DNA of 64,000 nucleotides from Eledone cirrhosa (lineage: Eukaryota), in NCBI GenBank assembly GCA_964016885.1, contig OZ024752.1:4464001-4528000 (forward strand). The letters run 5' to 3'. Made by a program: the position numbers and the translations under genes. The stretch's first letter is position 1; every line of letters begins with the position of its first letter. The notes below the pieces were generated by a model that had not been told where the DNA came from, searched no databases, and was given only the letters and a program-made list of their open reading frames with translations. Shown in pieces: positions 14,344 through 28,009 of the stretch.

Positions 14344-14725
14344 ATTGTTATATGGGATATTCAAAATAATTGGGACACAAGATCAACTACACCTTCACCT
14401 CTTCTCCGAATAAAGAGGGTGGGTCAGACTTATGCAGAAGGGTGGATGTTTGTATCACAAGGGTACATACACCCACTCCTTTCTTCCACCCTTCATATTC
14501 CAGCATATTGAAGTGGGGTGGGGTGTAGTTGGAGCTGCAGTGGGTAGGAATTAGATAGATATCCCTGGGGGGTTCTTATTTGAGGATGTTGGAAGTGGGG
14601 GGGGGGGATAGGAAGTTTTTCAGAAGAGTCTTGTGGATGGGGTGTAGCAGAGAGATGGTGATGGGGGGGGGGGTATATGGCTCAGAGTGGGGTGTAGCAG
14701 AAGGGTGTAGGGTGACAAGGCTTAC

Positions 14726-14879
14726 CAACCCCAATCAATTTAGATAGCTTATCTAGTTCTGTAATTGAACCCAGCAAAACTAACTCCCATTACTTTGGTT
14801 TGGCTCAGCTGAAAGAGACTTGCAAGATCTGATAAAGCTGCATGTGTAAACTTAATATAATTACAACCATCATTGAACC
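14726..14879 (-). other. Candidate exon (non-coding or terminal coding)
   Basis: Acceptor tttcattttttcag and donor TTG|gtaagc; all three frames contain a stop. Confidence 0.35.
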
Positions 14880-14893
14880 CTGAAAAAATGAAA

Positions 14894-15228
14894 TGGTGGT
14901 GGTGATGGTGGTGTTGGTGATAGTGGTGATGGTGATGTGTATGGTGTTGGTGATAGTGGTGTTGGTGGTGGTGCTGGTGATAGTGGTAGTGGTGGTGCTG
15001 GTGGTAGTGGTGATAGTGGTGTTGGTGGTGGTGCTGGTGATAGTGGTAGTGGTGGTGCTGGTGATAGTGATGGAGGTAGTGGTGGTGATAGTGGTAGTGG
15101 TGGTGCTGGTGGTAGTGGTAGTGGTGGTGCTGGTGGTGGTGATAGTGGTAGTGGTGGTAGTGGTGGTGTGGGTGGTGATGGTGGTGGTAGTAGTGGTGGT
15201 AATGTTTGTGGTGGTGGTGGTGGTAGTA
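14894..15228. repeat. (GTG/GTA)n compound repeat
   Basis: Direct inspection. Confidence 0.9.
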
Positions 15229-16089
15229 GAACAGCAGGGTTAGATTATTTTCCATCACGATTTAAGAAATTAAGAAGTTTGAAATGAAAAAAAAAAGATG
15301 ACATGAAATAAATAGGGAAATGGAAGGGGCTAAGTTGTCAAGGTGAGGGGAAATAGCCCCAATCCTTTTTCTTAAAGGCTAGTTAGATGAGAAAGACAGT
15401 AAGCTGCAAGAAGTGGTGGAAGTGGGGGCTGTTTTTGGTTTAATAAGATTAGGGTTGGCTTCCTGTACACAGATACTTAAGTATTGAGAAGAGAGAGGAA
15501 AGGGAAAGTATAGTACCCACTTTTTAAAGTGCACTGTTTGGGGTTGACAGAAAGTGAGAGCAAAGCTCTCGAACTTCATTTTGATTTGCTAATCTATTTT
15601 ACAAATTGGAAGCATTCATGAAAGGTGGGACTGAAACAGAATTTTATAATGTTAAGTGAAGGGAAGGCAAATCTCCTCTTGGATAGATCAGATATTGGTC
15701 TAACCCTGGTAAGATTTACTCAACCTACAGGAGGCCACTGAGCTGAGTATTGCAAACCAACAAAATACAACTCATTAATTCCACAGTGTTGCCATCCTTT
15801 GGTCCCTATGTACAGCTGAATAGACTCAGCTATCAATGAACATTTATCAATTCTACATTGTTTAATAGCTAGAGAACTAGAAATTATTGTACAGTGTGAA
15901 AATTGTCTGATATGGTATGGTCCCGTAACTCCTGAGGAATTCGTAGGGCCACCATATTGACATACTCATACAGTATTTCTTGGGCATTTTAAGCCTGGTG
16001 GAGCTCATCCTTCTCCAGGCCTGACTACAGCAGAGATCTTTCAAAGAAGGATAGAAAGTGAGAAGAAGCGAGAAAGAGATATAGAGGAA

Positions 16090-16450
16090 GAATTGACCCC
16101 AGTACTTGACTGATACTTTTTTTATTCACCTCAAAAGGATGAAAGGCAACGTTAACCTTGGCAGGATTTGAACTCAGATAGCAGGGAGCTAGAATGAATA
16201 CCATAGAGCATTCTATCTAATATTCTAAGGACTTTACCAATTGATATATGATCAATATTATTTTGTGGATTGGCAGTATCAGTAGAGGGTCAGACACCAT
16301 GCTTTGTAGCAAAGAGTTACGGCCCTTTATGGTCTGAGTTCAAATCCCGCCAAAGTTAACTTTTCCTTTCATCCTTACGGGGTCGATAAAATAAAGTACC
16401 AGTAATACACTGGGATAATTGCTGGCCTTGTGCCAAAAGTAGAAACAATT
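16090..16450. mobile_element. Two Meta-like SINEs (old - copy, young + copy 16266-16450)
   Basis: Consensus motifs as above. Confidence 0.8.
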
Positions 16451-16695
16451 ATTTTAAGTGTGGTAGCAAAGACAAAGTTATTGAGTTTTGTTTTCATTAC
16501 TGTGACAATGTGATGGTTGACCAAGCCAGTGTTAAGTCTCATTAGTGACAGGAGAAAGGGTAATACTAGATGATGTACATGACTATTTGACCAGCTGATC
16601 TGGTGATAAGCCACTGTAAAGCAGAACTCATCCAACCAAAGCTAAAATAGACCAGTCAGAGTTCAAAATCTACAAAAGAGCCTTTGCATATTTAA

Positions 16696-17008
16696 ACCTT
16701 TATTATTTACATTACCCTGCCGAGGTTAACTTTGCCTTTCATCCTTACAGGGTCGATAAAATAAAGTACCAGTAATGTACTGGGATAATTACTGGCCTTG
16801 TGCCAAAAGTAGAAACAATTATTTACTCTATATTTACTATTGTATTTTCACAGTGAAGTATCTCACATACTATTGAATCTGAGATTTTGATATTATTTAT
16901 TTTGAGAACAATACCTTAACATCAGTATGAGCAGCCAGTTATGGCTGGTTTGAACAGAAAGAGGTGAGAGAATTCTGGCCAGATATGGCTGGTTTAAATG
17001 CTAAAGGG
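16696..17008 (-). mobile_element. piggyBac-like MITE interrupted by a Meta-like SINE fragment (16717-16821)
   Basis: Same family; ends ctaaaggg-TTAA. Confidence 0.75.
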
Positions 17009-17214
17009 TTAATCAATCTGCAAAAAATATATACATACAGGCATCATATAACTGCCCTTTCGTTCGTAGGAGAAACCCTTCTTTGTCAACGGAGGAAGCA
17101 GCTCCCTAAATTTCTTCCAACCCGTCCTTATTCTAGATACTATGGCCTCAAAGCACCCCCTCTCTTATCTGATCACCTAGGTATCGGAAGCTATCAGCGA
17201 CCTCTATAGAACTC

Positions 17215-18237
17215 ACCTATATTTGAAAAATGTATCTATCACTGCGACTTCTACTGTCAAATTTCCTTGTATGTCTACTGCATATGTAGTTTTCCCTACC
17301 TGTTAGTTTGCCTGCTCTCCCACTACACCTCTTGTGTTCCCAATATCTGCATTGTGTGCATTTTATAGAATTTATGCCAGTTCCTTTTTTGCGTATCGTA
17401 CACGGCCATTTCCCTGATGGAATCAGAGTTTTGTCCTCTTTTCTACTCATCAACACTTTAGTCTTTGTTAGGTTCACTCTCAGTCCTCTTGCTTCCAACT
17501 GCTATTTCCATAGCCAGAATTTATTCTCTAGTTCCTCTACTGATTCTGCTATAAGTACCAGATCGTCAGCATAAAGAAGTTCCCATGGGCAGCCAGTCTT
17601 AAACTCCTCTGTTATGGCTTAGAGGACTATAATTAACAAGAGCGGGCTGAGGACCGAACCCTGATGTTCTCCTAATTGTATCTGGAATTCCTTACTAAAC
17701 TCCATTCCTACTCTCATTTTACTGACAGCACCCCTGTACATAGCTTGCACTGTCCTTACAAGCCATTCCTCTACACCTAGTTTCCTTAGGGACCACCAGA
17801 TGACAGATCGGGGTACCCTTTCAAAGGCCAAACTGCATCTCATCTAATTTGACCCTTTTTCTAATTACTTGTGTTAGTATTCTTTCTGCCACTTTCATAA
17901 CCTGATCCATAAGTTTTATACCCCTATAATTGCTCCTCTCCAGAGCATCCCCTTTACCTTTGTAGCAATTCATAAGAATAGTGCTGCACCAGTCTTTAAG
18001 TATGACTCTGCCCTATATAGCTTGATTGATGATGTGTGCAACCAGTTTAGATCCTACTTCTGATGCTTTCAACATCTCAGCAACTATCTCTGGCGGCCCA
18101 GTGGCCGTACCACTTTTCATTTCTATCATTGCCTCTTGGACTGTATAGTCGTCAATCTCAATAGCTGGTCCCTCTGTTGGGTCTACTGGGGGTAGTTTCT
18201 CTCTCTCCCATTCATTCTCCACATTCATCAGTCTCAT
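17215..18237 (-). pseudogene. Degraded internal RTE LINE RT fragment
   Basis: Frameshifted ORFs with GPPEIVAEMLK, AFERVPR, HQGSVLSPLL, LYADDL (in DNA), KTKV and SGKWPC..C..C zinc-finger-like insert. Confidence 0.88.
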
Positions 18238-18609
18238 TTATATCATCATCATTGTGTAACATCTATCTTCCACGCTAGCATGGGTTATATATGAATACAT
18301 ACATACACACACACACACATATATATGGAGGCAAAAAAAAAAAAACCCCAATGGAAGATGATTATATATAGTAACTGATGTGTAGACACAATTCTGTGGG
18401 TGATTTGTACTTTAAACTGATTATCATATCTTTATTGACAGATTGATTTTTAGATGTTCATTCACACACACACACATCTGTGCAGAATCATACATAGTAT
18501 ATTATGTGATTTCTATGTGTGCACTTATATATATATATATATATATATATACCTATATATATATATAGGTATATATATATATATATATACTTGGATGTAT
18601 GTGTGTATG

Positions 18610-18660
<51 letters not shown>

Positions 18661-18709
18661 ATATATATATATATAGGTATATATATATATATACTTGGAT
18701 GTATGTGTG

Positions 18710-18770
<61 letters not shown>

Positions 18771-18792
18771 GGATGTATGTGTGTATATATAT

Positions 18793-19230
18793 ATCATCAT
18801 CATCATCATTGTTTAACGTCCATGTTCCACGCTTGCATGGGTTTGGACGGGAGTTTCCCCACTTGAGGCAAGAGTGGTTGTCATTGCTCGCATAGGACTG
18901 TCTGGCGGGTTTTCTACAGCTGGATGCCCTTCCTAACACCAACCACATTTACAGTGTGGGGCTGGGAGGTTTTTACCGTGTTGCCTACATGGCCACATTA
19001 CAGCGTGGACTGTGTGTTTTTTTGTCATGACACCTACACGATCTCATTTGTTTCGTGCTGGATGTTGTGGTACCAGCATAACTTTACATTGAAAGGGGTG
19101 GTGTGGATGGGGTGTGGGTAGTGGGACGGGGGTGTATTTTGTTAGAGGTGCCTACTGACTGTAGTAGGTTTCACTTTGTACTTAGGTAAGGCAGGTCTTC
19201 TCTATTACTGTGTAGCACCAAAGCTCTCGG
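18793..19230 (-). mobile_element. RTE family A 3' UTR copy
   Basis: Same UTR as 34060-34397 in reverse orientation, flanked by (TA)n. Confidence 0.85.
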
Positions 19231-19248
19231 TATATATATATATATATA

Positions 19249-19277
<29 letters not shown>

Positions 19278-19279
<2 letters not shown>

Positions 19280-19640
19280 ATATATATATATATATAATGG
19301 AGGCACATGGCTCTGTGGTTAGAGCATTGGCCTTGCAATCGAAAGGTTGTGAGTTCAATTCTCAGACCGGGTGATGTGTTGTTTCCTTGAGCAAGACACT
19401 TTATTTCTCATTGCTCCAGTTTGCTCAGCTGTAGAAATGAGATGATAGGGACTGGGGTCCATATCATTCCACTGTAAAGTGCACGTGTAGGCGCCACGGA
19501 AAAAAAGCACCCAGCACTCACTGTAAATGAGGTTGGTGTTAGGAAGGGCATCCAGCTGTAGAAATCAAGCCTGAATCAGTTCCCATCCCACCCTTGCAAG
19601 CAGGGAAAAGCGGACGTAAAAATGAAATGAAATGAAATGA
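19278..19640 (+). mobile_element. CORE-like SINE with RTE-B type tail
   Basis: Head plus core; ends cccacccttgcaagcagggaaaagcggacgtaaaa. Confidence 0.85.
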
Positions 19641-20989
19641 TATATATAAATTTTAAAGGATTGTAAATAAAACAAGTAAATCAAAGTTGGAATTCCTTTT
19701 ATTAATACAATCTATATACAATCATACACACCCGTGTATATTTATTTATATATATCTATATATGTATATATATATTATATATGTATATATATATTTATAT
19801 CTATATATCATCATCATCACTGTTTTACGTCCGTTCTTCCATGCTAGCATGAGTTAGACGGGTTGTCCTGTTGTGGGCAGTGTCTGGTAGGCTGACCATG
19901 CCTTGCTCATACAGGAACTGATTTTGGCTTGCTTTCTACAGCTGGATCCCCTTCCTATATATATATATTTATTTTATATCTATATATATATGATTATCTA
20001 TATATACAGTCCACGCTGAGAAAGTCTGAAATTTCCTTATTTGTCCTCTCGGCACGTGTCTCTTCCACAAATTCGGAGGTTCAAAATTATTCATAATCAA
20101 TTATTCTGAAAATAAATAATGGAAATATAGTCACTGTTTTTATGAAGACAAGAGTGACAACGGAAGTAAAAAAAATTTGCATAAAATTAGCAGTTGAAAA
20201 TTGCGAACAAATATCGTCCGCACCCTGTATATATATATGTGTGTGTATGTGTGTATATATGTATATGTACCAAATAAAACTTTGCAAAACTTAAAAGAAG
20301 GGTGCTGGGTGGATTAGAGAAGAAGATGGGGTTGAAAAAAATCTGAAAAATTAATAGTGGGGGGAGGGTTATTAGCGACCCCAGAGTAAGTATATTAATG
20401 TAAGATTGGATTTTTACAGACACTGTCGCACTTCCTATTACCCCCCAACACCACCACAACCAACAACACTAAAAACCCTAATACTACCACCGCTACCAAC
20501 CTCACCAATACTAATACCATCACTAAAAACACCAACACCACTACCAACACCACCACCACAGCTACACATAACCAATATCTCTAGAAATGTTAGCACCAGC
20601 ACCACTACTTGCACCATACACTACCAACTCTACCACACACCACCACCACCACCACTGTAAACATCAGTTCTATGACTAGCATACCATCAGCCACTACCAA
20701 CTCACTGCACCTCTACCGTATCAATATCTTTACAAACACCAATACCACCAATACTAATACTACATCATTACTACAAACAGCAATACTATGACTTCAATCA
20801 CTATTACCACCCCCACCATCAACACCCACTACTAACACCATCAACACCCACTACTAACACCATCAACACCCACTACTAACATCATCATCACCACCCAATA
20901 CATCATTCATCACCAATACCAAGACCAGCACAACCAATACTAATACTGCACCATCTCTACATCATTACTACAAACACCAATACTATGAC

Positions 20990-21485
20990 TACTAACACCA
21001 CCCCTACCCAATACTAACATCCACCACTATCACCACTACCACCACCCCTACCCAATACTAACATCCACCACTATCACCACTGCCACCACCCCTACCCAAT
21101 ACTAACATCCACCACTATCACCACTACCACCACCCCTACCCAATACTAACATCCACCACTATCACCACTGCCACCACCCCTACCCAATACTAACATCCAC
21201 CACTATCACCACTAACACCACCCCTACCCAATACTAACATCCACCACCATCACCACTAACACCACCCCTACCCAATACTAACATCCACCACCATCACCAC
21301 TAACACCACCCCTACCCAATACTAACATCCACCACCATCACCACTAACACCACCCCTACCCAATACTAACATCCACCACTATCACCACTAACACCACCCC
21401 TACCCAATACTAACATCCACCACCATCACCACTAACACCACCCCTACCCAATACTAACATCCACCACCATCACCACTACCACCAC
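20990..21485. repeat. 44-bp minisatellite
   Basis: cccctacccaatactaacatccaccactatcaccactaacacca repeated about 11 times. Confidence 0.9.
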
Positions 21486-21777
21486 AACCGCCATCATAAA
21501 TATGAGATACTTAAGGAGTTTGTTCTCTTTCATGTTTGCTCAGGAAATTCTAATTACTTTCTCTTTGAATATTTCCATGAAATAACAATGTGTCTGTGTT
21601 TATTATCTATTTTTATAGATGCACATATACACACATATAGCAAATAAGATGACCTATATGCATGTATTATCATCATCATCATCGTCATTTTCATGTCCAT
21701 TTTTCCATGACTGCATGGGTTGGATTAGTCCTCTTCAATATGGCATCTCTCCACTTGTCTTTCTCCTTTGTGAAGTG

Positions 21778-22112
<335 letters not shown>

Positions 22113-22249
22113 TTATTTGGCTGGGGGAGTAAACCGCTGATTAAATTGTAGCATTGGCCTTGGATTTTAAATGTGAAATAACCATAGTCATTATCATCTT
22201 TTTTGCTCCAAAGGATGTCATCTGAAACACCGCAATATACCGCAGAACA

Positions 22250-25200
22250 TTGCTTCTGAAGTGTTGCTTTGTTAGTACGGTCTGTAAGCAGTATATGGAT
22301 ATAAAGCTGGAGGGGAGATTAATTTCAAAAAACACCACACAAAAACAAAAACATGCATACACATACATAAACACAAGAAACAAAAAACTGTTAAACATTG
22401 TGTACAACAACAATCTAATAAAAACACAAGGGCCTAACTTCACCCAGGCAGGGGATTTCCCCCACCTCAAAATGATTAAGGCCCCACAGGACACCTATAA
22501 AACTTTAAAAAACAATTTTAAAGAGGACGTGGGTCCCCCCTGCGTCGGGCCCATTAACCGCGTCCTCCTAAAAAACTACCCCACCCCCTCCCCAAACACC
22601 CACACAACTCCAAGCTCCCCAACCACACAACACACTGATGCCCCTACACTTCCACAAACCACCACCCCACCCAACAACCCATCCCCCACCCTAATGGAAA
22701 TTGTGCAGCCCGATACCCGGGACGCAGAGAGGTAAGTGCCTTTTCTCTTCACCACCAACATGGCTATGCTAAGAGTAGGCTGTTTAAATGTGCGTGGCCT
22801 GGGCTCAACTTGGAAGCAAGCAATGCTTCTAAATGACCTCAGGTCACAACGTATAGATGTGATGGTTATTTGCGAGGCCTGGATCAGCAACGTGCGACAG
22901 CTGGCCCCCGCCTTTGATGACTTTGAGATGCACGCATCTCTCTGTCAGCCCGGAGGTGGGGGTGGAGTTGTCGTTCTGCTGTAAAAACATCTGGGTCTCG
23001 CAACACAGATGGTACATTTGGACCCGGAGGGTCGACTTGTGGTTCTGGACCTTGGCAGTGGTAAAGGCGGAGCGTTTAGGTTGGTAGCCGCCTACGGCCC
23101 TTTCGGGTCAATGCGGCTGGACTTCTTCCATCGTCTGGAGACTTTTCTAGGGACGTCCCGCTCCTTGCTATTAGTGGGGGACTGGAATGGTATCCTAGAT
23201 GCACGCTGGGACTACGTAGGGGCCTGCCCCGATAGAGAGGGGTGTAATAGCCTCAAAGGGTTAATCGGTCGATTTGACCTGGCCGATAGATATCGACTAG
23301 ATTTTCCGACTGCGCCAACCTGGACTTGGGCAAATCGTAGCGGATCATCTAGGTCGTACCTAGATAGGTTCTTAGTTAGAATTAAGGATAAGGACTTTTT
23401 AAGTTGTCCAAAAATGCGCATGGTTGGCTATTCAGACCACAAATTAGTGACCTGCATGGTCAACCTTGACAGAACTCATAGACAGGGACCCGGTTACTGG
23501 AAGCTCAACTTGTCCTTACCGGCAAGTAAGGCTTACAGGAACCGGATTAGCACTTTAGTTAAGGAGCGGTTGACGGGCGCCATCGTCAACAGCAGGTGGT
23601 GGGGATCTCTCAAAAGAGAGATTAGAGTAGTCTCTATAGAATTTAGTAAGGAGTTAGCCTCAAATAGAAATAGGAAGGAAAGGGAGTTGGTAGATAGTGT
23701 AGAAGAGGCAATTAGAAGCGGCGACGTGGCCAGAGTGCTAGCGTCGAGAACGGCCCTGGGCCAGTTCTTCGACACGAAACACGAAGGCTGCATCGTCCGA
23801 AGCAAAATACGTGCTCTGGGAAACGAGGGGACCAAAGCTGTTAGCTGGGCCCGCGTGACAGAAGCCAAAAGAGGGAGCAGATCCACTATCCGGTCTTTGC
23901 GAGACCAGGATGGACGGGTGATCCTTGAGCCTAAGCAGATGTGCGAGGCTTTTCAAAAGCACTTTGCCGGATTGTTCGGAAGGGGCGGGGGGCCGGTTGG
24001 GGACGTGGACTTCGGTCCATACCTCGACGGTCAGCCGCGTCTCTCGGACAGGGAGGCGAAGTCCTGCGAGGAGCCGATTTCAGCCGCTGAGATAGAGGAC
24101 GTGCTGAGCCAATGCGGCAAACGCAAATCCCCGGGTCTCGATGGTCTTCCATACGAACTATATCTAGCTATGCCGGACTTGTTCCCCGAACTCCTCGAGG
24201 CGGTCTACTGCAACTGGCAACAGAACGGGAGAATTCCCTGTGCTGTGACCAAGGGCGTAGTCATGCTAGTGAGGAAGGACGAGAACAAGGGGGACGATAT
24301 AAATAATTTCAGGCCCATAACTCTGCTAAATACAGAGTTACAGATTTTGGCCAAGGTGCTAGCAAAGAGGTTGGCGCTTGTCGTGGGCAACCTGGTGGGA
24401 GATGCGCAGACATGTGCTATCCCGTCCAGGTCCATCCACGATAACCTCCACCTCATGCGATACATCATAGAGAGGGTTGGGAACGAACCCGGCTTTGGTG
24501 GGGCCCTGATCAACTTGGATCAATATAAGGCATTCGATAGGGTCGACCATGGTTACCTGGATGTGGTGCTAGCGGCGGCAGGCTTCGGACCCGTTTTCAG
24601 GGGCTGGATCAATGCCATGCACAGGAGCCGCATCTGCTCTAGGGTCAAGGTGAACGGCTACCTCTCGGAGCCGTTCGAAATCGCGCGGTCCATCCGACAG
24701 GGGTGCCCTCTCTCCTCCCTTCTGTATGTAATGACTCTAGAGCCACTGCTGCGGAAGTTGGAGTTGTTGCAGGGCATCCCGTTGGAACCGGGATTGCGGA
24801 AAGCGGTGTCAGCCTACGCCGATGACGTAACAGTAATGGTGTCGACGGCCTCGGAAATCAGGGCGATCGGCACCTTACTGGAGGAGTACGAAAGGTTTAC
24901 AGGGGCTAAGCTGAACCGGGACAAGTCGATCGGTCTGCAACTCGGCACGTGGAGGGGCAGATCGATGCCCTCCGATGGCGTCGTCGGGCGCTGGACGGAG
25001 GGCCCGGTGAAGTTGCTCGGGGTCTGGTTCGGACCAGACCTCCCGATGGAGAAGAACTGGGGTGAGGTGACGAACAGGGTGTTTGCACTGACCCAGAAGT
25101 GGGCCGAGTGCAAACTGTCCCTGAAAGGACGGGCGGAGGTGGCGAACACTTATATAGCGTCCGTCATCTACTACCGCCTGACCGTTGTGCCTTGCCCAAG

Positions 25201-26457
25201 GGAAACGCTCGCCAAAATGGAGCGCGCACTCTTCCAATTCCTTTGGAAGAAGCGGGCTCCTATGGTGAGGAGATCCATCTGCTGTCAACACCCTTCGAAA
25301 GGAGGGCTGGGGATGCCGTGGCTAATGATACGTAAACACACATTAAGGCTACGGCACCTTCAGGTATTCCTCTCCGGTCAACCGGTGTGGGCCCCGTTTG
25401 TGAGGCGAGCCTTTCCCAGACTCGTCTCACTCACCGAGCTGCAATCCTGGGTCAAGCAAAGACCGAGAAAACTGGGCGCCTGGCACACCGAGTGTGCCCA
25501 GGCACTCACGGCTCTCTGGCAGGCGGACCCGGTTGTCAGTGGAGAATCCACCTCGTCATTCTATAGAGGGCTGGTGGTTAGCAGGTGCGACGACGCCCTC
25601 GGAGAAGCCCTAGGCATGGAGGAAGACGAACTGGCCAACCTGTTCGGTAGGACATTCAGCCCGGGACCCATGGATAACTTCCAGAGGTCCCTAGCCTGGC
25701 AATGCTACAGAAGGGCTCTGCCCGTTCGAGAAAGGCTCTACAGACACGGGCGCCCGGGTAGGGACCCATCGAAAAAGATCTGTCCCAGATGCGTGTGCGA
25801 CGAGGAAACCGTTGCACACGCATTGGTACACTGCTCGGGCATTGCCGATCTGTGGGGTTATGTCGAACAACTGCTGTCAAGGGTGGGACCAATCCGGTTG
25901 ACCACCGAGTTTATTGTAACGATCAAGCCGCCTCCCCTCTTCAAAAACGAAGGAGAGGCGGTGTTTCTGTGCGTAATAGCCATGGCGAAAGAGGTTGTAT
26001 GGTGGACGCGTCTGAAAGGACTGAGGTCAGACACCTTTCTCTCTGGCCAACAACTGGTCCGTTTCTTCCGATATCATTTCGGAAGAAGGATCAGGATGGA
26101 GAGAGAGGTGCTGCACCCCAGCCGTTTCTATGAAAGATGGGTGAAAGTGGCGAGAATGGCCCGTGTGAATGGGCCTTCACTCTACATCAGACTATAGGTG
26201 AGGAAGATGAAAGACCAAGGGAGCACCCCTTTGTGCTCCTGAGGAGAAGGGTTGCACACTTTTTTCGGGGGTGTGTGTGACCCCCCAAGGCGCCTCCTCT
26301 CTATTGAGGACTTTGTTATAAATTTTATTTTTTGTTATATTTTATTTTATCTTTATATATTGTTATTGCCTCCTCCTTATTGAGGACGCCTTGTTTTGTA
26401 AACTCCCCCCATTGTACTTGTCCCACTTTTGATGCCCTGGTGGCAAATAAAAGAAAC
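22250..26457 (+). mobile_element. Tx1/L1-like LINE copy (possible ORF1 remnant, ORF2, 3' UTR with stem-loop and AATAAA)
   Basis: GC-rich block. Pro/Thr-rich ORF 22250-22735 lies just before ORF2. 3' UTR ends ggcaaataaaagaaac, then (TA)n. The 5' boundary is uncertain. Confidence 0.85.
22760..26197 (+). CDS. L1/Tx1-clade non-LTR retrotransposon ORF2 (APE endonuclease + reverse transcriptase + C-terminal CCHC), one in-frame stop at 22982-22984
   Basis: ORFs 22736..22984 and 23009..26197 are in the same frame. APE motifs LNVRGL, GDWN, YLDRF, SDH, WKLN; RT motifs PGLDG, FRPITLLN, DQYKAFDRV, RQGCPLS, AYADD; zinc knuckle CPRC..ETVAHALVHC. Confidence 0.93.
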
Positions 26458-26534
26458 ATATATATATATATATAGATGCCTATATATATATATATATATA
26501 AAAGGTAGATTTTATTTTTTTATTTATTTATATA

Positions 26535-26867
26535 TACTGTGTTTCAAAAAATTTGATATCATTTGAGATGTAAATATCCCGGCAACTATCACATCTAGGA
26601 CAACAAGATGGGGCAGGCTTAATGTTGAACAATATAAGAGTTATTGCTACAAATTTTGACGCATAGAGTTACGGCCCTTGCCATTCTGAGTTCAAATCCT
26701 GCCGAGGTTAACTTTGCCTTTCATCCTTACAGGGTCGATAAAATAAAGTACCAGTAATGTACTGGGTAATTGCTGGCCTTGTGCCAAAAAGTAGAAACAA
26801 TTATGTATATCTTAATATGACAAGCTTGGGAAACAGGTCATGATATCATATGTTTTGAAACACCCTG
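26535..26867. mobile_element. Tc1/mariner-like MITE with nested Meta-like SINE (26655-26803)
   Basis: Imperfect TIRs tactgtgtttcaaaa / ttttgaaacaccctgt. Confidence 0.5.
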
Positions 26868-26914
26868 TGTGTATATATATATATATAGATAGATAGATAG
26901 ATAGATATATGTAT

Positions 26915-27142
26915 CCCGAGTTCAATCAGGCGTAACCACAGTAACATACTCAATACATAGCAGAGTATTAATATTTAATATATATATATATATGGAGAGA
27001 GAGAGGGAGAGAAGCCCTGATGATTTCTTTTGAATGAAACAGTTTTAGTCCTGTAGAAGCCATTTCTATATTAAACATGATGTATATACTTCACTAATGT
27101 ATTGAGTACCTTACTAACTGTGGTTGCCCCCGATTGAACCCA
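26915..27142. repeat. Degenerate inverted repeat flanking the hammerhead-like motif
   Basis: gagttcaatcaggcgtaaccacagtaacatactcaatacatag is the approximate reverse complement of ctaatgtattgagtacc..actgtggttgcccccgattgaaccc. Confidence 0.6.
27017..27055 (+). ncRNA. Decayed hammerhead-like motif
   Basis: CTGATGA-tttc tttt gaat-GAAA-cag..ctg-TA; stems II and III plausible, stem I absent. Confidence 0.4.
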
Positions 27143-27204
27143 TGGCACACACATTCATATGTGTGTGTGTTCACATATATCATTTAACATGGTTTATTTT
27201 ATGC

Positions 27205-27535
27205 AAACTCTGTTCTGTGAAGCAAATATAAACTATGAATGCACAGAAGATGCTGTGAAATGACAGACATGTTGATAGAGAAGAAGAAGTTTGTCTGCAC
27301 TGGAGTAGTTATCAGTCAGAGCAGCTATAAAATACATTTTTTCAAATACTTGGCACCTTATAAGAAGTAGTTGATAGATTTTCTTACCTAGATGACCTAA
27401 TTAGCAATACAAGTGGGTGTTCCGAAAGAATTGGGTAGAAAAAGTTCAAAGAACTTCTACTTCTGGTAGCAACAAAGTAATCCTCTCCTCGTGTGAATGG
27501 TAAATTGTATGATGCTTGAGTACTCAGTACAATAT
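27205..27535 (+). pseudogene. Highly decayed RTE LINE fragment
   Basis: ttcttacctagatgacc..gggtgttccgaaag..aaaaagttcaaagaac..aaattgtatgatgcttg resembles the YLGD..GGCSES..KKFREL..GRLYDAC region of the 41 kb copy. Confidence 0.55.
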
Positions 27536-28009
27536 TTTGTGAGCTTACTTTAAATGAAAAAAGTACTCAATTCTCTTTTAATTGGGTTATAGTCTTCTTT
27601 CATGGAAACCTGCTGGTAATTCAATGGATCACACACCATTAAGAATCTCAGGAATATCCACTAAATTTCCCTGTATCAAAGGTTACTTATATATGGTTCA
27701 AAGTTCAAAATTACCCAACAAAATTAATATCTTTTATAGTAGCCTCTGAGAATTTCTCTGATGCTCTCTCTCTCCCAGAGAAAGTGGGAGGGGGAGATTT
27801 GGCAGTTTTGAACTTTGTACCATATTTAAGAACCTCCAATACATGAGAGTTTAGAGAAACTTTCAGAGGAGATTCTTAATGGGATATAAATGTCAACTAA
27901 TTTGAAAAGATAAATGGGAAGAACTTATGAATGAATAAATATGATTTAATGAAATTTACTTTGATAAACTAGTTTAAAAATAGCAATATATTGATTAGAG
28001 TTAAGAAAA

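Noticed and set aside
14749-15287. His-rich and Gly-rich ORFs
   Set aside because: (GTG)n repeat; only 14726-14879 is retained as a weak exon candidate.
20990-21485. Regular array that might look like CRISPR
   Set aside because: No unique spacers; eukaryotic minisatellite.
22728-22738. GAG|gtaagt donor-like site
   Set aside because: Coincides with the stop of the upstream LINE ORF; no supporting exon structure.
23212-26133. Antisense and alternative-frame ORFs in the LINE
   Set aside because: By-products of a GC-rich coding region.
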